Source: Phycisphaerae bacterium (GTDB taxonomy: Bacteria > Planctomycetota > Phycisphaerae > FEN-1346). From it: a stretch of 64,000 bases of DNA. Under the pieces are notes generated by a model. The model saw only the letters and a program-made list of their open reading frames with translations. It made no database searches and was not told where the DNA came from. The stretch is from the NCBI GenBank assembly GCA_035529015.1, contig DATKXP010000079.1, forward strand, positions 5,513 through 69,512, in the 5' to 3' direction. Each line of letters starts with the position of its first letter. Positions within the stretch are counted from its first letter, which is position 1. Below are positions 17,508 to 26,268 of the stretch, in pieces. Both the position numbers and the translations under genes were made by a program.

Positions 17508-18851
17508 ATGTGGTATGTTATCGCCTACCTCGTAGCTGTCCTCGTGATTGGCGTGGCCGCAGCGCGGCGCCAGTCTGCCGAGGGCTTCATGATGGCGGAC
17601 CGCCAATTGGGTGCGTTTGCGGTAGGGAGTTCAGTCTCGGCGGGCTTCTTTGATGCCTTTGTGCTGGCGGTGTACGCTGGTTACGTCTATCAATACGGCT
17701 TGTCAGCGCTGTGGCTCTTTGTCGGTGTCGCGGTCGGACTGGGTGTCTTTGCGCTGATGGCCAGGCCTATAAAGGAAGCTTCCGATGCCGGGCGCTTCCA
17801 CACGATGGCCGACTACTTCTTCGCGCGGTTCCCACGCGACGCGAAGCCGGGTTATGCCGTCGCCGGTTTGCTGGTGGTCTTCTTTCTTGCCCTACTCCTT
17901 GTGCAGTTCATATTTGGCAGCCAAGTGCTCGCCTTTCTCACAGGTTGGAGCTACACGTCGTGCGTGCTGATCGTGGGGATTGTCGTGATGCTGTACATGG
18001 TTATCGGGGGGTTCCGGGCAAGCGTTCGCACGGACGTGTTTCAGTGGTTGCTGATCGTGCTGCTCGCGAGCATCGTGGCTCTTGTGGTGCGGAGAGATCT
18101 CGCACCATCCTGGGCTGCGGCGCGTCCCTTGGGCATCGGCATCGGTAAGAGTGCTGCCTTCCTTGTGATTGGGACGCTGAATACGATCGTGGCAGCGGAT
18201 CTCTGGCAGCGCGCTTATGCTGCGAAGTCCGTTCAGAGTCTGCGACGGGGACTGTTTCTTGCTGCTCTCATGCTCCCTCTCGCCGGCGCAGTGATTGGCA
18301 TCATAGCCCTGGCTACACGGCAGCAGTTTCCGGGCTTGGATGATCCTACTCAGGCTCTCCTGTATGGATTCGGACGGGCCTTGGGAGAAGGGTGGCGCGG
18401 TCTGGGGTTTGTCGTTTTGTTTGCCGCGATCATGTCCAGTGCAGACACGATGCTCTTCGTGATTGGCTCTAGCGTTGTCAAGGACTTCGCGGAAAGAAGA
18501 CGCCGCTGGACGGATGCAAGGAGGGTACGCCTTGTGCGCTACGCTTTGGGCGTAGCCGGTTTGCTGGGGGTGATTGTGGCCATTGCCGTACAGGACATAC
18601 TCACTATCGCTCTCAGCATAGCAGGGCTAGGTATTGGCCTGTCGCCGGCTGTTGTAGCCGTTCGGTTTTTCGATCCGCGAAGCATCTCCGTGTTCGTCAG
18701 CATCATGCTGGGTGCGGCCGCAGTTGGCGCTCTTCTTTTGAGTGGATACGTGATGCCCGAGACCTCCCTCGTATCACTGCCGGTAGCCCTGGTTGCGCTG
18801 CTCATAACTGAACTTCTCGCACGCATACGAGGGCGCGGGAAGAGTGATTGA
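17508..18851 (+). CDS. sodium:solute symporter (SSS) family transporter
   Basis: 447 aa, about 12 TM; N-terminal FMMADRQLG and MVIGGFRASVRTDVFQW blocks typical of the SSF family. Confidence 0.75.
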   Translation: MWYVIAYLVAVLVIGVAAARRQSAEGFMMADRQLGAFAVGSSVSAGFFDAFVLAVYAGYVYQYGLSALWLFVGVAVGLGVFALMARPIKEASDAGRFHTMADYFFARFPRDAKPGYAVAGLLVVFFLALLLVQFIFGSQVLAFLTGWSYTSCVLIVGIVVMLYMVIGGFRASVRTDVFQWLLIVLLASIVALVVRRDLAPSWAAARPLGIGIGKSAAFLVIGTLNTIVAADLWQRAYAAKSVQSLRRGLFLAALMLPLAGAVIGIIALATRQQFPGLDDPTQALLYGFGRALGEGWRGLGFVVLFAAIMSSADTMLFVIGSSVVKDFAERRRRWTDARRVRLVRYALGVAGLLGVIVAIAVQDILTIALSIAGLGIGLSPAVVAVRFFDPRSISVFVSIMLGAAAVGALLLSGYVMPETSLVSLPVALVALLITELLARIRGRGKSD

Positions 18852-19270
18852 CGACTGGAATCTGCTATCGTTTTCTGAGCGGTCGCTATTGGCGGCGATT
18901 CGGCTGCGGCCGGTGACCTGCTGAGTTCAGTGGGAACGCGTCACGCTAGACTTGGGACCTCAGTCGAGGGCATGCCGACGAGCAGGAAATCTCCCCAGGA
19001 GGTGGCGAGCGGTACGAGGAGCACGGGGCGAGACCCTCGTGTGGAAGGCCCGGCGGATGCGCGTTGCAGCAGGAAGTGCCACCGCAAGGGGCTGGATTGC
19101 ATCGCATAACGTACCATCAGGGCACGGACCGGGCGCCCCCCTGTGGGAAGCTCATATCTGGTCGCCCGTTCCCTTAGCTGGAATGCCCCCAAGGTCCACA
19201 TCCGTAACCATTTCACCTCACCACCCGAAAGTCTCTTCCGACCGCCCTGTGCCAACCGTATCATAGGATA

Positions 19271-19393
19271 GACAACCAGACCAGGCGACGATCCGGAGGC
19301 TGATCCCCACCGGGTTGCCACCGAAAGAATCAAGGCCGTTCGGGGCCGAACACCCGAGCGGCCTTCTCTTTTGGTTCGCCCGGCCTGGTTGTC
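19271..19393. repeat. long imperfect inverted repeat enclosing a terminator hairpin
   Basis: GACAACCAGACCAGGCG (19271-19287) pairs 15/17 with CGCCCGGCCTGGTTGTC (19377-19393); checked base by base. Confidence 0.55.
19332..19374 (+). terminator. intrinsic-terminator-like hairpin
   Basis: AAGGCCGTTCGGG (19332-19344) pairs with CCCGAGCGGCCTT (19353-19365): 13 bp with one G-U, 8-nt loop, followed by CTCTTTTGG. Confidence 0.55.
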
Positions 19394-19409
19394 GGACGGG
19401 AGGTAAGAG

Positions 19410-19601
19410 GTGGCCGACGACCTGGAACAGACGATTCGCGAGAACGCCCAGGGCCCTGCCGAGGCCACGGGCGATTCGGGTTCGATGCGCCAGCACGACC
19501 TGAAGGACCAGGTCGAGGCCGACCGTTACCTCGCCTCCAAGGACGCGGTGCGGAAGGGCCGGGGCTTTCGTCTGACGAAGCTCGTACCGCCGGGAGCATA
19601 G
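19410..19601 (+). CDS. small protein preceding the portal gene (gpW-position)
   Basis: SD GGGAGGTAAGAGG upstream; 63 aa; stop 3 nt before the portal start. Confidence 0.45.
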   Translation: MADDLEQTIRENAQGPAEATGDSGSMRQHDLKDQVEADRYLASKDAVRKGRGFRLTKLVPPGA

Positions 19602-19603
19602 GC

Positions 19604-21064
19604 TTGTTCAACTGGCTCAAGAGAATCCGTTCTTCATCGAAGCCCGCTCGTGTGAGCGACCGGCAGGGCCTCCTCTTCCGTTTCCTGCGCGGCCGCTACG
19701 ATGCGGCCACCACGACCGACGAGAACCGCCGCCACTGGGCCAGCGCCGACGGCCTCTCGGCCGACGTCGCCAACAGCCCGCAGATTCGGCGGACGCTGCG
19801 GAACCGTTCCCGCTACGAGGTCGCCAACAACTCCTACGCCCGCGGCATCGTCCTGACGCTCGCGAACGACCTGGTGGGCACCGGACCGCGCCTCCAGATG
19901 CTGACGGACGACCCGGAAGCCAATCGCCGGATCGAACGCGAGTTCGCCGAGTGGTCGAGGGCCGTGGGTCTCGCCGAAAAACTCCGGACGATGCGGATGG
20001 CCCGGGCCGAGGACGGCGAGGCGTTCGCCATGCTCGTCTCGAACGACGCACTCCCGTCCTCCGTGAAACTCGACCTGCGCCTCATCGAGGCGGACCAGGT
20101 CGCCACGCCGGACCTGAAGCCCGACGCGAAGGGCGCCGTGGACGGCATCGTGTTCGACCGGTTCGGCAATCCGCGCGAGTACCACGTCCTCAAGGCCCAT
20201 CCAGGCAGCAAACAGGCCGCGCTCGGCATGAAATACGACCGGGTCCCTGCCGAATCGATGATTCACTGGTTCCGTGCCGACCGGCCGGGCCAGTCGCGCG
20301 GTATCCCGGACATCATGCCGGCGCTGCCTCTGTTTGCCCAACTGCGCCGGTTCACCCTCGCCGTCATCGCATCCGCCGAGACGGCTGCCGAGTTCGCCGG
20401 CGTCCTCTACACCGACGCGCCGCCGAACGGCGAGGCCGACCCCATCGAGCCGATGGACGCCATCGAACTCGAACAGCGGATGCTCATGACGATGCCGGGC
20501 GGGTGGAAGATGGCCCAGGTCCACGCCGAACAGCCAGCGACGACCTACGCGGAGTTCAAGAACCAGATCCTGAACGAGATCGCCCGGTGCCTGAACATGC
20601 CGTTCAACGTCGCGGCGGGCAACTCCTCGGGCTACAACTACGCTTCGGGTCGCCTCGACCACCAGACGTACTTCAAGTCGGTCCGCGTGGAACAGGCCCA
20701 TCTCGGCGCGGTCGCCCTGGACCGCATCTTCGGGGCATGGATGCAGGAAGCGACCCGCGTGTTGAGTCTCCCGCTGCTCCTCTTGCGCAAGCGAGGCGCG
20801 TACCCGCACCAGTGGTTCTGGGACGGCTACGAGCACGTGGACCCGGCGAAGGAAGCGAGGGCCCAGACGACCCGCCTTGCGAACCACACGACCACGCTGG
20901 CGATTGAGTACGCGAAGGCGGGCCTGGACTGGGAGGAGCAGCTCCGGCAACGGGCCAAGGAGAAGGAACTGATGCGGGAACTGGGCCTGACGGAACCCGA
21001 GGCCCTGCCTGTGGCAGAAAAGGACGACGAGGATGAGCCGGAAACGAACCGTGAAGCTGCCTGA
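19604..21064 (+). CDS. phage portal protein, lambda family
   Basis: N-terminal DENRRHWASADGLSADVANSPQIRRTLRNRSRYEVANNSYARGI and GYNYASGRLDHQTYF resemble lambda-type portals; 486 aa. Confidence 0.85.
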   Translation: MFNWLKRIRSSSKPARVSDRQGLLFRFLRGRYDAATTTDENRRHWASADGLSADVANSPQIRRTLRNRSRYEVANNSYARGIVLTLANDLVGTGPRLQMLTDDPEANRRIEREFAEWSRAVGLAEKLRTMRMARAEDGEAFAMLVSNDALPSSVKLDLRLIEADQVATPDLKPDAKGAVDGIVFDRFGNPREYHVLKAHPGSKQAALGMKYDRVPAESMIHWFRADRPGQSRGIPDIMPALPLFAQLRRFTLAVIASAETAAEFAGVLYTDAPPNGEADPIEPMDAIELEQRMLMTMPGGWKMAQVHAEQPATTYAEFKNQILNEIARCLNMPFNVAAGNSSGYNYASGRLDHQTYFKSVRVEQAHLGAVALDRIFGAWMQEATRVLSLPLLLLRKRGAYPHQWFWDGYEHVDPAKEARAQTTRLANHTTTLAIEYAKAGLDWEEQLRQRAKEKELMRELGLTEPEALPVAEKDDEDEPETNREAA

Positions 21065-23153
21065 GTCGGTCCCGACGACCTTCGAGATCTGCGGCGAGGC
21101 GGGTGCTCTGGCCATCGAGGCCGCCGCCGAAGAAGGTCAGCAACTGCGGCGGTTCACGATGACGGCCTACACCGGCGGCGAGATGGTCCTGGCTGGGTGG
21201 CCCTACCCGGTGGTCGTGGACCTGAAGGGCCTGAAGATCCCGAAACAGTCGCGGCCGATTCTCAAGGACCACAACCGCAGCCTGATCGTGGGTCACACGG
21301 ACCGGATCACGAAGACCGACACCACGCTCGAGGTCACCGGTGTCATCTCCGGCGCCGGCCGCGTGGCACAGGAGGTGGTCCAGTCGAGCGAGAACGGCTT
21401 TCCCTGGCAGGCGTCGGTCGGCGCCCGGGCCGAGAAGGTCGTGTTCGTGCCGGAGGGTAAGACGGCCCGCGCAAACGGCCGCGAGTTCTCCGGGCCGGTC
21501 TACGTCGCCCGGCGTGCGACGCTCGGCGAGATGAGTTTCGTGGCATTGGGAGCGGACGAGGACACGAGTGCGAAGGTGGCCGCCCAGGCGGCCCGACAGA
21601 ACACGGAGGTGTTTGCGATGAACTTCGAAGAGTGGGTGGAAGCACAGGGCTTCACGCTGGCGGACCTGTCGGAGAAACAGGCCGAGAACCTCAAAGGCAC
21701 GTACGAGGCCATCGAGGCGAGTCAGGCCGGCGGCGAAGGTGACGATGGCGGCGAGGAGCCGCCTCCGGCCGACCCGGACGGGTCCGACGAACCGCAGGTC
21801 ACGCAAGCCGCGCCAAGCGCGGTGGACGCGAAAGCGGCCGTCGAGAACCTGCGGGCGGAACTGGCCACTGAGACGAAGCGCGTGGCCACGATCCGCAAGA
21901 CCTGCGCCGGCAGGCATCCGGAGATCGAGGCGAAGGCCATCGAGGAAGGCTGGGACGAGACGAAGACCGAGTTGGAGGTCCTTCGGGCCTCGCGTCCCAA
22001 GGCCCCGGCGGCCCACGTACCGGAGGCCGGTGTCAACGGCACCGTCCTCGAGGCCGCCTGTCTCCTGACGGCCGGTCTCCAGAAACCCGAGGACCACTGT
22101 GACGAGCAGGCGCTCGACGCGGCCGCCAAGCGGTTCCGCGGCGGCATCGGCCTCCAGGAACTGTTGCTGGAGGCGGCGTGGGCCAATGGGTACACCGGCC
22201 GCAACTTCCGAGCGACCCGCGAGGTCCTTCGGTTCGCCTTCGGCCAGAACCTGGCGGCCGCCTTCTCGACCATCGACATCGGCGGCATCCTGTCGAACGT
22301 CGCCAACAAGTTCCTCCTGGACGGGTTCTTCAGCGTCGAGCGCGTGTGGCGCAACATCTGCGCCGTCCGCAACGTCTCGGACTTCAAGACCGTCACCTCC
22401 TACCGCCTGATCGGCAAGGACCAGTACGAGCCGGTCGCGCCAGGCGGGGAACTCAAGCACGGCACGCTGGGAGAGGAACAGTACGCGAACAAGGCCGATA
22501 CCTACGGCCTGCTCCTGTCGGTCGACCGGCGTGACATCATCAACGACGACCTCGGCGCCATCACCACCGTGCCCCGGAAACTCGGCCGTGGGTCGGGCCT
22601 GAAGATCAACGACGTGTTCTGGACGATCTTCCTCGCCAACTCGGGGTTCTTCAAGACGGCCAACAAGAACTACCTGACGGGGACCGACACGGTCCTGTCG
22701 ATTGACGGCCTGACGAAGGCGGAGGTGGCGTTCCTCGACCAGGTGGACTCGGACGGCAAGCCCATCGGCATCATGCCGCAGATCGTCCTGGTGCCGACGG
22801 CCCTGTCGGCCATGGGCACGCAGCTCTACAAGTCGCTGGAACTGCGTGACACGACGGCCTCGACCAAGTACCCGGTCGCCAACCCCCACCAGGGCAAGTT
22901 CCGGGTGGAGGTCAGCCGGTACCTGGCGAACACCCATTACACCGGCGCGAGCGACAAGGCGTGGTACCTGCTGGCCGACGCGAACGACCTGCCGGTGATC
23001 GAGGTCGCGTTCCTCAACGGTCAGGAGTCGCCGACCATCGAGACGGCCGAGGCGGACTTCAACGTCCTGGGTGTCCAGATGCGGGGCTACCATGATTTCG
23101 GGGTCGCTCTGCAGGATCCGAAGGGCGGGGTGAAAAACAAGGGCGAGGCGTAG
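21033..23153 (+). CDS. prohead protease - scaffold - major capsid fusion protein
   Basis: N-terminus ILKDHNRSLIVGHTD resembles the HK97-type (S78) protease; acidic/coiled linker; C-terminal ~400 aa capsid-sized domain; sits after the portal. Confidence 0.7.
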   Translation: MSRKRTVKLPESVPTTFEICGEAGALAIEAAAEEGQQLRRFTMTAYTGGEMVLAGWPYPVVVDLKGLKIPKQSRPILKDHNRSLIVGHTDRITKTDTTLEVTGVISGAGRVAQEVVQSSENGFPWQASVGARAEKVVFVPEGKTARANGREFSGPVYVARRATLGEMSFVALGADEDTSAKVAAQAARQNTEVFAMNFEEWVEAQGFTLADLSEKQAENLKGTYEAIEASQAGGEGDDGGEEPPPADPDGSDEPQVTQAAPSAVDAKAAVENLRAELATETKRVATIRKTCAGRHPEIEAKAIEEGWDETKTELEVLRASRPKAPAAHVPEAGVNGTVLEAACLLTAGLQKPEDHCDEQALDAAAKRFRGGIGLQELLLEAAWANGYTGRNFRATREVLRFAFGQNLAAAFSTIDIGGILSNVANKFLLDGFFSVERVWRNICAVRNVSDFKTVTSYRLIGKDQYEPVAPGGELKHGTLGEEQYANKADTYGLLLSVDRRDIINDDLGAITTVPRKLGRGSGLKINDVFWTIFLANSGFFKTANKNYLTGTDTVLSIDGLTKAEVAFLDQVDSDGKPIGIMPQIVLVPTALSAMGTQLYKSLELRDTTASTKYPVANPHQGKFRVEVSRYLANTHYTGASDKAWYLLADANDLPVIEVAFLNGQESPTIETAEADFNVLGVQMRGYHDFGVALQDPKGGVKNKGEA

Positions 23154-23448
23154 GCTGATGGTCCTGAGGGCAAGGTACAAGGAAGGCGACCCCCCGGTGA
23201 CAGGCCCGGGGAGCCGTGACCGTGATACCCACGGTCCCATGCCATGCCTTGCCGCGCGCGCCACATCTCTCTGCCCGTTTCTGACGCCTGTCCGTCAGCG
23301 ATCCCAAGGGATCGAGGGAAGGGCTGTGGTTATCCCCGCATGGGGTTTTCCCGGAAGGGTCAATATGGCCTTCAAAAGACACCTCCTTCCGGCCGCTGAA
23401 GTGCGGCTAACCGCATTGTACACGCTTTGAGGGCGAAAGGAAACGAAC

Positions 23449-23784
23449 ATGGCAACTTTCGTGCATGACGGTGCGGCCGTCGATTACACGCCCGGTTCGG
23501 ACGTGGCGGCCGGCGACGTGGTGGTCCAGGGCGACCTGGTGGGCGTGGCCAAGCAGCCCATCGCGGCCGACGCGCTCGGCGCGCTCGCCGTCGCGGGCGT
23601 CTTCGACTTCCCGAAGACGGCCGGCGTCGGAGAGGCCATCGGCGCGGGCGCCAAGGTGTACTGGGACGTCGGTGACAGCGTGGCCAAGACGGACGACGAG
23701 TCGGGCGCCAACAAGCTGATCGGCAAGACGGTCGCGGCAGCCGGCGACGACGACGCGACGGTCCGCGTGCGCCTCAGCCAGTAA
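23449..23784 (+). CDS. DUF2190-like head decoration/cement protein
   Basis: 111 aa Gly/Ala/Val-rich beta protein (DYTPGSDVAAGDVVVQGDLVGVA...GAKVYWD) directly after the capsid gene. Confidence 0.6.
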   Translation: MATFVHDGAAVDYTPGSDVAAGDVVVQGDLVGVAKQPIAADALGALAVAGVFDFPKTAGVGEAIGAGAKVYWDVGDSVAKTDDESGANKLIGKTVAAAGDDDATVRVRLSQ

Positions 23785-23796
23785 GGGACCGCCGCC

Positions 23797-24183
23797 GTGG
23801 CCGACCTGCTGGAACAAGGGGCCGCCTGGCTCGATGAGCAGCGTGCCAAACACGCTTCGCAGGCGGTGACGTACGAGCGTGGCGAGGACTCGGTCGAGGT
23901 CCAGGCGACGGTCGGCCGCAAGTCCTACCAGGTGGAGGGCGGTTACGGCGCGCTGGTGTGGGCTGACTCGACGGACTTCATCGTGTCGGCAGCCGAACTG
24001 GTCCTGGGTGGCGAGGCGGTTCTGTCGGAACGGGGCGACCAGATTCGTGTGACGGATGGCCAGGCCGTCCACGTGTACGAGGTGATGTCGCCCGGAGGCG
24101 AGATGAGCCATTACGAGCCGTCGGACCCGTACCGGAAGGCGTGGCGCATTCACACGAAGCACGTGGATACGGAGGTGGTGTGA
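23797..24183 (+). CDS. head-tail joining / head closure protein candidate
   Basis: 128 aa, position and size; GTG start. Confidence 0.45.
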   Translation: MADLLEQGAAWLDEQRAKHASQAVTYERGEDSVEVQATVGRKSYQVEGGYGALVWADSTDFIVSAAELVLGGEAVLSERGDQIRVTDGQAVHVYEVMSPGGEMSHYEPSDPYRKAWRIHTKHVDTEVV

Positions 24184-24347
24184 TCCAAGAGCCAAGCGAC
24201 CATGACCTCCTGATTCGGATCGATGAGCGGTTGCAGAAGGTGGAGAGCTGCCTCGTGAACCATCTTCAGCACCACTGGGCCGTGACGATCACCGCGCTGG
24301 CTGCCGCCGTCGGCGCTATCGCGGCTGCCATCCTCGCCCTGCTGTAA
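24180..24347 (+). CDS. small C-terminally anchored membrane protein
   Basis: GTG 24180 overlaps the upstream stop (GTGA); C-terminal helix WAVTITALAAAVGAIAAAILALL. Confidence 0.4.
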   Translation: MIQEPSDHDLLIRIDERLQKVESCLVNHLQHHWAVTITALAAAVGAIAAAILALL

Positions 24348-24358
24348 GGAGACCTGAC

Positions 24359-24787
24359 ATGGCCGTCATCATCGACATCGCCGACGCGGTGGTGACCGAA
24401 CTGAACGCCGCCACGCTGAGCCTGCCGCTGACGGCCGAGCGCCATTACCGGCCCATCTTCGACCTGAAGGACATGAAGACGCTCCACGTGACGGTCGTGC
24501 CGAAAGGCGTCGAGGTAACGCCGGCGGGTCGGAGCAACAACCACTACGACTACCAGGTCGACGTGGCGGTCCAGAAGAAGTTCAGCAAGGGCGATGCGGC
24601 TGAACTCGACCCGCTCGTGACGCTCGTCGAAGAGATCGCCGACTTCTTCCGCCTCCGGCGCCTCACGGCGTACCCGACCGCCGTCTGGCGAAGGACCGAA
24701 CACCCGACCGTCTACGCACCCGAGCACATGGATGAACTGCGGCAGTTCACGAGCGTCCTAACGTTCACGTTCCGTATTGTGAGGTAA
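24359..24787 (+). CDS. neck / tail-completion protein candidate
   Basis: 142 aa in neck position; no motif. Confidence 0.45.
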   Translation: MAVIIDIADAVVTELNAATLSLPLTAERHYRPIFDLKDMKTLHVTVVPKGVEVTPAGRSNNHYDYQVDVAVQKKFSKGDAAELDPLVTLVEEIADFFRLRRLTAYPTAVWRRTEHPTVYAPEHMDELRQFTSVLTFTFRIVR

Positions 24788-24789
24788 CC

Positions 24790-25047
24790 ATGGCTAACAA
24801 CGTCCTGATGCGAAAGATCGAGGTGACGGCGAGTTACCAGCCGCTCGCCTCCGAGCCGACCGTCGTCGCCGTGACAATCTCTTCGCCCCCGACGAATACG
24901 GGGACGGTGTATTTCAAAGGCGACGACGGCTCCGACGTGCCCTGGGTGCCGGGCGAGTGGCACGACTTCGAGCGTGTGGACCTTTCAGAGATCGAGGTCA
25001 AAGGCGCGCCGGGCAACACCGTCACGCTGGTGGGAGGGACCTGGTAG
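24790..25047 (+). CDS. hypothetical phage protein (85 aa)
   Basis: Tight spacing in the operon; coding-like composition. Confidence 0.45.
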   Translation: MANNVLMRKIEVTASYQPLASEPTVVAVTISSPPTNTGTVYFKGDDGSDVPWVPGEWHDFERVDLSEIEVKGAPGNTVTLVGGTW

Positions 25048-25496
25048 TGGGGTACCGGGTGGTCAACTCGGCGCTGATCGCCGACGGCACGGTCGAGACG
25101 GTCGACCTCACCGACTGCGCTGTGACCTGCGCGAAGATCGCCAACGGCGCGGTCGCCGAGGCCAAGATTGCCGGCGGCGCCGTGACCGGTGCGAAGATCG
25201 CCTGTGGGTCGATCTGCTCGGGGCACATCTGTGGCGACAACGCGTTCACGTTCCCGCAGACGGTGGCGGTGCTGGGCGGACTCGAGGTATCGGCCGAGAC
25301 CCAGATCCAGAGCGACCTGGTCGTCGGCTACGACTTCTCCACAGGCGCCGGGTACTTCGACTACGGTCTCTTGGCCCCCTTTGGCGGCTCGGAGCTCGAG
25401 ACGGGCGGTTCGATTCGCTGGTGCACGTACGATGCCAGATTGCAGGTCTACTGCGGTGGATGCTGGTACAGCCTCCAATTCGAGAGCGGGTGCTGA
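25047..25496 (+). CDS. fibre-like protein with 11-aa repeats
   Basis: GTG 25047 overlaps the upstream TAG; three tandem A-V-x-x-A-K-I-A-x-G units (AVTCAKIANG AVAEAKIAGG AVTGAKIACG); Cys-rich C-terminus. Confidence 0.5.
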   Translation: MGYRVVNSALIADGTVETVDLTDCAVTCAKIANGAVAEAKIAGGAVTGAKIACGSICSGHICGDNAFTFPQTVAVLGGLEVSAETQIQSDLVVGYDFSTGAGYFDYGLLAPFGGSELETGGSIRWCTYDARLQVYCGGCWYSLQFESGC

Positions 25497-25509
25497 GGCC
25501 GGCCCGGAC

Positions 25510-26034
25510 GTGGACGGCCTGGCCATTCGCCCCGAGGCGACGCGGGCCATCGTGCTCACGTGGCCGGACCACGCTTTGACGTGGGAAGGGGCCGCGTGGC
25601 TATACCACCTGCTGCCGCCTGAGAACATCATCGGCTTCTGCGGCCGGAACCTGGTGGTGGCCCGGAATGCGGTGGTCAAAGAGCTGTGCCTGAAGGCACC
25701 GCCCGAGATCACGAACTTCATCCTGATGGACCGCGACATGCGGCCGGGGCAGGCGGCGCTGCCCATGCTTCAGGCCGAGGGCGACGTGGTGGGATGCACG
25801 TACCCGATCTCGCACATGGCCGGCTGGGCGGACCCGGCGATGATCCACCTGGGCATGGTGCGGGTCAGGCGGAAGGTGTTCGAGGCACTGGAGCCGCCGT
25901 GGTTCCTGTTCGGTTACGCCGAGGACGGGGCGGGCCTCGGCCTGTGTGAGTGCGGGTATTTCCGGGACAAGGTCGTGGAGGCAGGTTTCACGGTCGTCCG
26001 CGCCGGCTGGTGTGACCACGATCGGAAACGGTAG
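25510..26034 (+). CDS. possible glycosyltransferase-like protein
   Basis: Start guessed at GTG 25510; ILMDRDM (DxD-like) and Rossmann-like pattern; weak. Confidence 0.35.
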   Translation: MDGLAIRPEATRAIVLTWPDHALTWEGAAWLYHLLPPENIIGFCGRNLVVARNAVVKELCLKAPPEITNFILMDRDMRPGQAALPMLQAEGDVVGCTYPISHMAGWADPAMIHLGMVRVRRKVFEALEPPWFLFGYAEDGAGLGLCECGYFRDKVVEAGFTVVRAGWCDHDRKR

Positions 26035-26043
26035 GAGAAGGCC

Positions 26044-26268
26044 ATGGGCCGCAGGAACGAGACGCGCGAGGTCGTGGATACCGCGAAGGGCAAGCGCCTC
26101 AAGGTTGTTCACACACGGACGGACGAGCGGCTGATGGACGAGGCGCAGGTCCAGGCCGCCATCGAGAACATCGACAACCGCATCGCGCGGATGGAGGCGG
26201 AGTTGGTGGACCTGAGGGCTGCACGGGACGACCTGGCGGCCAAGAAGCCACAACTGAAGGAAGCGTGA
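26044..26268 (+). CDS. small coiled-coil protein
   Basis: 74 aa, heptad-like IENIDNRIARMEAELVDLRAARDDLAAKK. Confidence 0.45.
   Translation: MGRRNETREVVDTAKGKRLKVVHTRTDERLMDEAQVQAAIENIDNRIARMEAELVDLRAARDDLAAKKPQLKEA

Larger units (their letters stand above)
5266..19409 (+). other. lower-GC co-directional cargo block splitting the terminase-portal junction
   Basis: Thirteen + strand genes with visibly more AT-rich codons than the flanks; no phage structural signatures or mobility genes; 0.3-0.5 kb non-coding spacers at both edges. Confidence 0.55.

Noticed and set aside
18900-19270. Tested by eye as RNase P RNA, tmRNA, group II intron or cobalamin riboswitch
   Set aside because: None of the conserved cores I know were found on either strand (GAGGAAAGTCCGGGC, a tRNA-like 3' end with GGTTCGA, domain V, the B12 box). 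It is kept only as an unexplained spacer.
19347-19357. 11-nt identity (CGAACACCCGA) to the T-arm region of tRNA-Arg (60152-60162), same orientation, at the cargo/portal junction
   Set aside because: Identity does not extend on either side. A chance 11-mer match to a 77-nt query is expected in 128 kb of GC-rich sequence, and an att site here would leave the terminase outside the element.
20673-23264. 863-aa minus-strand ORF, plus similar long alternative-frame ORFs (e.g. 19634-21115 minus, 2876-3883 minus, 4166-5080 minus)
   Set aside because: Arg/Pro/Gly/Ala-rich low-complexity translations lying opposite clearly motif-bearing phage genes. These are typical shadow ORFs of high-GC DNA.
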